Virus record (IMG/VR): IMGVR_UViG_3300044580_000565
Coordinates: 1 to 30,753 of that record
Strand: one strand, 5' to 3'
From: a virus
Lineage: Duplodnaviria; Caudoviricetes
Length of the DNA: 30,753 bases
The notes beneath the pieces were generated by a model. The model did not search any database, was not told the DNA's origin, and saw only the letters and a program-made list of their open reading frames with translations. Below are positions 25,817 to 30,753 of the stretch, piece after piece. Every line of letters begins with the position of its first letter. Position 1 is the first letter of the stretch. Both the position numbers and the translations under genes were made by a program.

Positions 25817-27193
25817 ATGGCATACGAAACGCCGGGGCTTTCGACCCTCATTAGCCGGGTCACGGATGACATTGCGACCCGCGTCCAGGACACGTCCGCC
25901 CGGATTCGATACTCCCTGCCATGGACGGTCGCCCGGGTCGTTGCCGGGACGGTCTACGACCTCTACGGGTTCGCGGGATACATCGCGGACCAGATCATCC
26001 CGTCCACGGCGACGGACGAATACCTCGACGAGCACGGGAACACCTGGGGCGTCACCCGCACGGAACCGACCGAGGCATCCGGATTCGCTCTCGTGCAGGG
26101 AACCATCGGCGGCACCCTGCCCGCCGGTTCCACGATGACCCGGGAAGACGGGGCGGAGTATTCGACGCCCTTCCCGGTCGTCTACACGCACACGGTTGAA
26201 GTCGTCCCCATCGACGCCGACGAATCCGGAGCGGCGGGCAACGCCGACGGCGGGACGACCCTGACCCTGGCGTCCCCGCCCGCCGGGTTCACAGCGTCGG
26301 CTTACGCCGTGACTTCGGACGGGATGACCGGCGGGACGGGCTCGACGAAGGCGACCGGCTACTTCACCGTTTCCGGGACCATCGGGGCAACCCTGCCAGC
26401 CGGGGCGACCTTCCGGCGGTTGGACGGAATCGAGTACACGTCCGACGACGCCTTGACCTTCGGGGGCACGGGCTACCGGGTCGTTGCCGCGACCGCATCC
26501 CTGAACGGCACGAACGGCAACGCCGCCGCCGGGACTTACGCCGAGATCATCACCCCGCCCGCCGGAATCGATGCGGACGCCCAGGTCACCGCTGACGGGA
26601 TTTCCGGGGGCGCGGATGCGCAATCGGACACCCTGTACCGGACGGCGATCCTCGACCGCATCCAGCAACCGCCGCACGGCGGGGCGGCGGCGGACTACAT
26701 CGCCTGGGCGAAGGAGACCCCCGGCGTCCGCGTCTCCGATGTCTGGGTTTTCGGCTATCCGACGACCGCCCCGGGGTCCGTCGAGGTCTATTTCACGGTC
26801 GAAGACACCGGGGCGGGGGTGATCCCGGCCGCCGGGCAGATTGACGCCGTCGGGGACTACATCGACGGCGTCCGCCCCGTGACTGCCGCCGTGACCGTGG
26901 ATGCCCCCGGGGTCGTGACGGTAGACCTGACGATCACCCTGCACACCCTGACCGGCTACACGACGGCGGACGTGCAGGATGCCGTTGAAGCGGAACTGTC
27001 CGCCCGCTTCGCGGAACACGACCTTTCGTCGTCCGCATCCTACCTGCGCAACAGCCGCATTCGGGACGCGATCAACGAAGCCGCCGGGGTGGACTGGTAC
27101 ACCCTCGATGCGGTCGCCGGCGGGGCGGGGACCGATGACGTGTCCCTCGGGGCCTACGAGATGCCGACCCTCGGGACCGTGACGTGGAGTTGA
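25817..27193 (+). CDS. Baseplate J / Mu gp47-family protein with internal domain duplication
   Basis: QIIPSTATDEYLDEHG, GGADAQSD..YR..IL.RIQQPPHGG..ADY..WAKETPGV, RPVTA. Confidence 0.93.
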   Translation: MAYETPGLSTLISRVTDDIATRVQDTSARIRYSLPWTVARVVAGTVYDLYGFAGYIADQIIPSTATDEYLDEHGNTWGVTRTEPTEASGFALVQGTIGGTLPAGSTMTREDGAEYSTPFPVVYTHTVEVVPIDADESGAAGNADGGTTLTLASPPAGFTASAYAVTSDGMTGGTGSTKATGYFTVSGTIGATLPAGATFRRLDGIEYTSDDALTFGGTGYRVVAATASLNGTNGNAAAGTYAEIITPPAGIDADAQVTADGISGGADAQSDTLYRTAILDRIQQPPHGGAAADYIAWAKETPGVRVSDVWVFGYPTTAPGSVEVYFTVEDTGAGVIPAAGQIDAVGDYIDGVRPVTAAVTVDAPGVVTVDLTITLHTLTGYTTADVQDAVEAELSARFAEHDLSSSASYLRNSRIRDAINEAAGVDWYTLDAVAGGAGTDDVSLGAYEMPTLGTVTWS

Positions 27194-27199
27194 TAGACG

Positions 27200-27817
27200 A
27201 TGGCAACGCCGCGACCCCGATTCCCCGACCTGACCGCGGACCACTACCGGGGCTTGCTCCTTCGCAAGTTGCCCCGAGGCGTCTTGTGGATGCAGCAGGC
27301 GGTCTTGTCGGGGGCGTCCTACCTCGACGGGCTACCCGTGCCCCTCACGCCGTTCGGGCGGCTTCTCGGGGGCATTGCGGACGAACTGGGACGAGTCCAC
27401 GTCCGGCTGAACGACCTTGCCCGGGAAGCCGTCCCCGCGACGACTTCGGAACTGCTGGACGAATGGGAGACCGCCGCCGGTTTGCCCGAATTCGGGTACA
27501 TCCCGACGACCGACGATGACCGCCGGGCAACCCTGATCGGCAAGTTGTCCGCCCGGGGAGGGGCGTCAGCGGGCTACTTCGAGGGGCTTGCCGAGTCCTA
27601 CGGGGCGACCCCGCCAGTCGCGGTCACGGACGGTCCGGGGACGCACGAATGGACGATCAACCTTCCAGGCGATGTCACCCGGGCCTGTTGCACGTCACCT
27701 TGTGACGCGGCGCTGGTCGAATTCACAACGCCCGCCGGGGAACGTGTCGGACGGGCGTTGAACCACTACAAACCGGCTCATACCCGCATCTTCTGGGACG
27801 GAGGGACCGCATCATGA
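27200..27817 (+). CDS. Baseplate wedge protein (Mu gp48 / YmfQ, DUF2313)
   Basis: LPRGVLW, EAVPATTSELLDEWE..AGLP, GGASAGYF..LA, KPAHT. Confidence 0.9.
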   Translation: MATPRPRFPDLTADHYRGLLLRKLPRGVLWMQQAVLSGASYLDGLPVPLTPFGRLLGGIADELGRVHVRLNDLAREAVPATTSELLDEWETAAGLPEFGYIPTTDDDRRATLIGKLSARGGASAGYFEGLAESYGATPPVAVTDGPGTHEWTINLPGDVTRACCTSPCDAALVEFTTPAGERVGRALNHYKPAHTRIFWDGGTAS

Positions 27818-28818
27818 AACGCATTGATACACCTCGTTCAGCGTCTGCTTACCAGGGCGCGGCCGGTTCCGGCACGGGGCATTTTCAGGATACGGACGTT
27901 GCCGGTGGGACGCAGTTCGACGCCGAATGGTGCGAGGCGATCCAGGAGTCCATTGCCGGGACGATTGAAGGCTTGGGCGGCACCCTGGACGGCACCGAAT
28001 CCGGGCAGCTCGCCGGGATTCTCGTTCCCATGCTGACCGACGACGGGGCGTGGACGACCCGGATCCGTATCGGGGATCCCCTCGGGACCGGCTACGAAAC
28101 GATCATCGCGACGGAAGGCGGATCGGTCGGCCCCCTGTTCGGGTACGTCGAAACCGACAAGGTCTTCGCCGCCGAGGGCTTCTACACGGGAACCCAGGCT
28201 GCACCCGTCCAGCGGATCGATTCGGACGGGGATTGCGATTTCCGGAACGTAACCCTGGCATCCGGGGGCGTTGACGGCATCGTCGCGGTCGCCTCGACGG
28301 GACGCCTTGCGACGAAGGGCGACCTGTACGCGATGGGCGCGATCAAGGTCGGCACGTCCGACCTGACCGGCACCGGCGGGACGATCATCCTCGACGGGGC
28401 AACCGGGGACGTAGACATCACCGGGGACCTCGATGTCGGTTCGGGGAACTTCGTCGTGGACGCTACCTCGGGGGATCTCGACATCGCCGGGGAGATCAGC
28501 GCGGTCAACCTCGACACCGCGACAGTCGCGCACAACGGGGACAACGACCGGGTCTCGGGGAAGGTGACGCTGACGGGGACCTCGATTGCCGCCGGCGGGG
28601 CCGCAGATCTGACCCATTTCAACGACCGGATCGGCACGTCGTCCATCGTGCTTTGGTCGTTCGAGGCAAGCACCGAGGGGCAGAAGTTGGCGCAAGGGAC
28701 CGCGACCCTGTCCACCGGGGCAGTTACGTTCCGGGTCGCGAACTTCACGGCAGGCGTGTGGCCTGCTGCGGGGACCGCCGACCTGACCGCCTCCTACGTC
28801 GTCATCAACCCGGTGTAG
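27814..28818 (+). CDS. Tail fibre / receptor-binding protein
   Basis: MKRID...GHF.D...GT...AEW..AIQE N-terminal anchor typical of Mu-like fibres; G-D-L/V-D-I/V beta repeats. Confidence 0.8.
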   Translation: MKRIDTPRSASAYQGAAGSGTGHFQDTDVAGGTQFDAEWCEAIQESIAGTIEGLGGTLDGTESGQLAGILVPMLTDDGAWTTRIRIGDPLGTGYETIIATEGGSVGPLFGYVETDKVFAAEGFYTGTQAAPVQRIDSDGDCDFRNVTLASGGVDGIVAVASTGRLATKGDLYAMGAIKVGTSDLTGTGGTIILDGATGDVDITGDLDVGSGNFVVDATSGDLDIAGEISAVNLDTATVAHNGDNDRVSGKVTLTGTSIAAGGAADLTHFNDRIGTSSIVLWSFEASTEGQKLAQGTATLSTGAVTFRVANFTAGVWPAAGTADLTASYVVINPV

Positions 28819-28822
28819 TCCG

Positions 28823-29431
28823 ATGTCCCCGACCATGAAAATCGACACCCTGGCTTTCGACCGGCAGATGAAGGGGTTCACCAAGCAGATCCCATTCGCC
28901 GTGTCGGTCGCCCTGAATACGACCGCGAAGGAATCCGTCGGGTTCGTCCGGGCGTCCCTGATGGACACATTCACGATCCGGTCGAAATGGGTGGCGTCCG
29001 GAATCACATTCAACCCGTCATCGAAACGGGACCTTCGGGTCGAAATCGGGTCACGGCAAGCCTACATGGAGGCCCAGGCGGTCGGCGGGACGAAGAAGCC
29101 CGCGAAGGGGAAGGTCGTCGGCATCCCGCAGGTCGGCCCCGGGCGCGTCCGACGGACGATCAAGACGCCGACCCGCCCGGGGAAGTTCCCCGGGGCGCTG
29201 ACGAAGAAGCCCGGGGTCTTCGTTGCGTCCCTGCGTTTCGATTCGTCCCCGGGCGTCTGGCAGCGGATGCGGTCGGGCCGTCTTCGGCTGCTTTACAGCC
29301 TGCAAGCGTCCGTCGAAATCAAGCCGCGATGGGACCTGGCAGGGCAAGTCGGGACGGTCGTCCGGGACCGGTTCCCCGTCAACGCGATCAAGGCGATGGA
29401 ACGGGCGTTGAAAACCGCCCGCCGCCCATGA
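28823..29431 (+). CDS. Basic virion morphogenesis protein (lambda gpZ-like tail completion/neck)
   Basis: KQIPFAVSVALNTTAK, TFTIR, Lys/Arg-rich, LRLLYSL. Confidence 0.7.
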   Translation: MSPTMKIDTLAFDRQMKGFTKQIPFAVSVALNTTAKESVGFVRASLMDTFTIRSKWVASGITFNPSSKRDLRVEIGSRQAYMEAQAVGGTKKPAKGKVVGIPQVGPGRVRRTIKTPTRPGKFPGALTKKPGVFVASLRFDSSPGVWQRMRSGRLRLLYSLQASVEIKPRWDLAGQVGTVVRDRFPVNAIKAMERALKTARRP

Positions 29432-29493
29432 ACGGGGCAGGACAGATGAACGACGAAGGCGAAGGCGTTTGTGGAAGCGGAGGCGACCCCATC

Positions 29494-29832
29494 ATGGACG
29501 AGAAAGATCGCTGGTTGACCGACACCCTGGGGGAAATCCGGGAAAGCGTCGGACGCATTGAGGGCGCGATGACGCGGCTTCCGTGCCCGGGGCATTCCTC
29601 GGATATTGCCGCCCTCCGGGCGGACGTTGAAGAAATCCGGGGGAAGGACTTGCCCGAAATCCGGCAACGCCTAGCCATCCTCGACTGGTGGAAATCCGGG
29701 CGGAATCGAATCATCGCCGCCCTGCTGGTAGCCATCCTCGGTGTCATCGGGGCGGTCATCGGGGACATCGCCAAAGACGCGATCCGCAAGCCGATCCCGG
29801 CCGCCGAGGCACACTACGGAGATACAAAATGA
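29494..29832 (+). CDS. Coiled-coil protein with C-terminal TM helix, holin-like
   Basis: GGAGG RBS; heptad-rich N-terminus then IIAALLVAILGVIGAVIG; upstream starts (29428/29446) also possible. Confidence 0.55.
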   Translation: MDEKDRWLTDTLGEIRESVGRIEGAMTRLPCPGHSSDIAALRADVEEIRGKDLPEIRQRLAILDWWKSGRNRIIAALLVAILGVIGAVIGDIAKDAIRKPIPAAEAHYGDTK

Positions 29833-30113
29833 CACGGATCATCACGTTCCTCGCGGGCTTGCTACCGATCCTCAATCCCCTGGTCAACGAGACGCGGGGG
29901 CAGAAGGCCGGTACGTGGGTTTCCATTCTGGCCGCCGTTATCGGTGCAATCGTCCTCGCCCTTCAAGTATTCGGTGGCGCTACCGTCCCTGACACGCCAG
30001 ACGCCCCCGAGAATGCCCGGGACACAATCATGGTTACCGACACCCGCCCTGACGGACCCGACGCCCACGATGGCGAATCTGACGGCACCTATTTCACAGA
30101 GGTAGACGAATGA
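29829..30113 (+). CDS. Small membrane protein (lysis-cassette candidate)
   Basis: ATGA overlap; TM WVSILAAVIGAIVLALQVF; acidic tail. Confidence 0.6.
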   Translation: MTRIITFLAGLLPILNPLVNETRGQKAGTWVSILAAVIGAIVLALQVFGGATVPDTPDAPENARDTIMVTDTRPDGPDAHDGESDGTYFTEVDE

Positions 30114-30484
30114 AAGCCCTCATCAACGTGCTTGCGGCCGGGATGATCGTCATGGTCCCCTCCTGCACCTGCACCGAGGTCCAGACCGAGAAATGGAACC
30201 AGTGCGTTTCCTCGCTCGCAGAGGTCGCCACATCCGACGCCTGCCTCGGCCAGTGTCTTGATTCCAATTGGGTTGGATGTGCCATCGGATGCGGCCTGGG
30301 CCTGCTCGAAGACGCGATCCCACCCTGCTACGACGCGCTCGCCGGCATGTTCACGACCGCCCCGGGCGCCGGCTCCGCCCCGGGATCCGGGCCGGCTCCG
30401 CTGGTTTGCAGGCCGGACGCCCCGCCGGATTGTGCCGCGGTGTGGAATGCCGTCGAGAAGCGGGGTGCCGGTGGCGATCAGTAA
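30110..30484 (+). CDS. Cys-rich putative lipoprotein
   Basis: MKALINVLAAGMIVMVPSC signal-like N-terminus; GAGG RBS; ATGA overlap. Confidence 0.65.
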   Translation: MKALINVLAAGMIVMVPSCTCTEVQTEKWNQCVSSLAEVATSDACLGQCLDSNWVGCAIGCGLGLLEDAIPPCYDALAGMFTTAPGAGSAPGSGPAPLVCRPDAPPDCAAVWNAVEKRGAGGDQ

Positions 30485-30753
30485 TCGGTGGGCAGCAGGA
30501 TCGTCGTGTAGGAGCGGTCCGCCTCGGTGATGATCCAGACCCGCTCGCCTGGGCCGACGTTGTATGCGGAAAGGATCCGGGTTTCGGCACCAGGGGTCAG
30601 CGCCAGGTCATTCGCAGCCCGGTCCTCGTTGCCTAGGTCCCCCCAATCCCCGCTAACGTGGCGCAGCAGGATGGTAGCGGGATTGATCCCGAGGCGGCCC
30701 AGGAGTTCCATGGCGGCCGGGGTTGCTACGACTTGCCCGAGTTGGAATTTCAT
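30478..30753 (-). CDS. Conserved small protein of plasmids/ICEs (F.LG.VVATP...RH..GDWG...WIITEADRS.TTILLP.DY family), function unknown
   Basis: Recognisable widespread motif pattern across the full 91 aa. Confidence 0.85.
   Translation of the reverse strand: MKFQLGQVVATPAAMELLGRLGINPATILLRHVSGDWGDLGNEDRAANDLALTPGAETRILSAYNVGPGERVWIITEADRSYTTILLPTDY

Larger units (their letters stand above)
1690..30484 (+). mobile_element. Prophage/phage-like element: lambda-type head and packaging, Mu-like contractile tail (myovirus); boundaries uncertain
   Basis: Contiguous co-oriented terminase, portal, capsid, sheath, tube, tape measure, baseplate and fibre genes with overlapping start/stop codons; no att or integrase seen in the window. 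Confidence 0.93.

Noticed and set aside
17218-28818. Stand-alone tailocin or extracellular contractile injection system
   Set aside because: Intact terminase, portal and capsid genes are in the same operon
27814-28818. Diversity-generating retroelement or invertible fibre cassette
   Set aside because: No reverse transcriptase, invertase, template repeat or inverted fibre copy seen

Overview
Nearly the whole window (~1.7-30.5 kb) is one GC-rich, co-oriented (+ strand) prophage or phage-like element. It pairs a lambda-type packaging/head module (Nu1-like small terminase, GpA terminase, gpW, lambda-family portal, protease-major capsid fusion) with a Mu/SfV-type contractile tail (sheath, tube, chaperone with -1 frameshift, tape measure, gpN, hub, spike, gp46, J, gp48, fibre). 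Left of it are a lower-GC, 5'-truncated Cys-rich lipoprotein gene of the kind common in Myxococcota-like genomes and a small HNH-like gene. The early region holds a consensus sigma70 promoter, a heavily base-paired ~165-nt candidate ncRNA, 23-bp palindromic iteron-like repeats and a putative replication initiator. The best candidate for an undescribed system is a translationally coupled cluster at 4896-7717: atypical (TCPPY) amino-methyltransferase-fold enzyme + ACC-deaminase-like PLP enzyme + small Cys protein + YkgJ-type Cys-cluster protein, possibly a DNA hypermodification pathway. Other oddities: a beta-helix domain fused to the gp46 baseplate protein, an internally duplicated baseplate J, an extended DUF2190 protein, an exact 43-bp direct repeat flanking gpW-portal, and a self-contained moron. 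No integrase, att site or endolysin was recognised. All calls come from motif recognition by eye; no database search was run.
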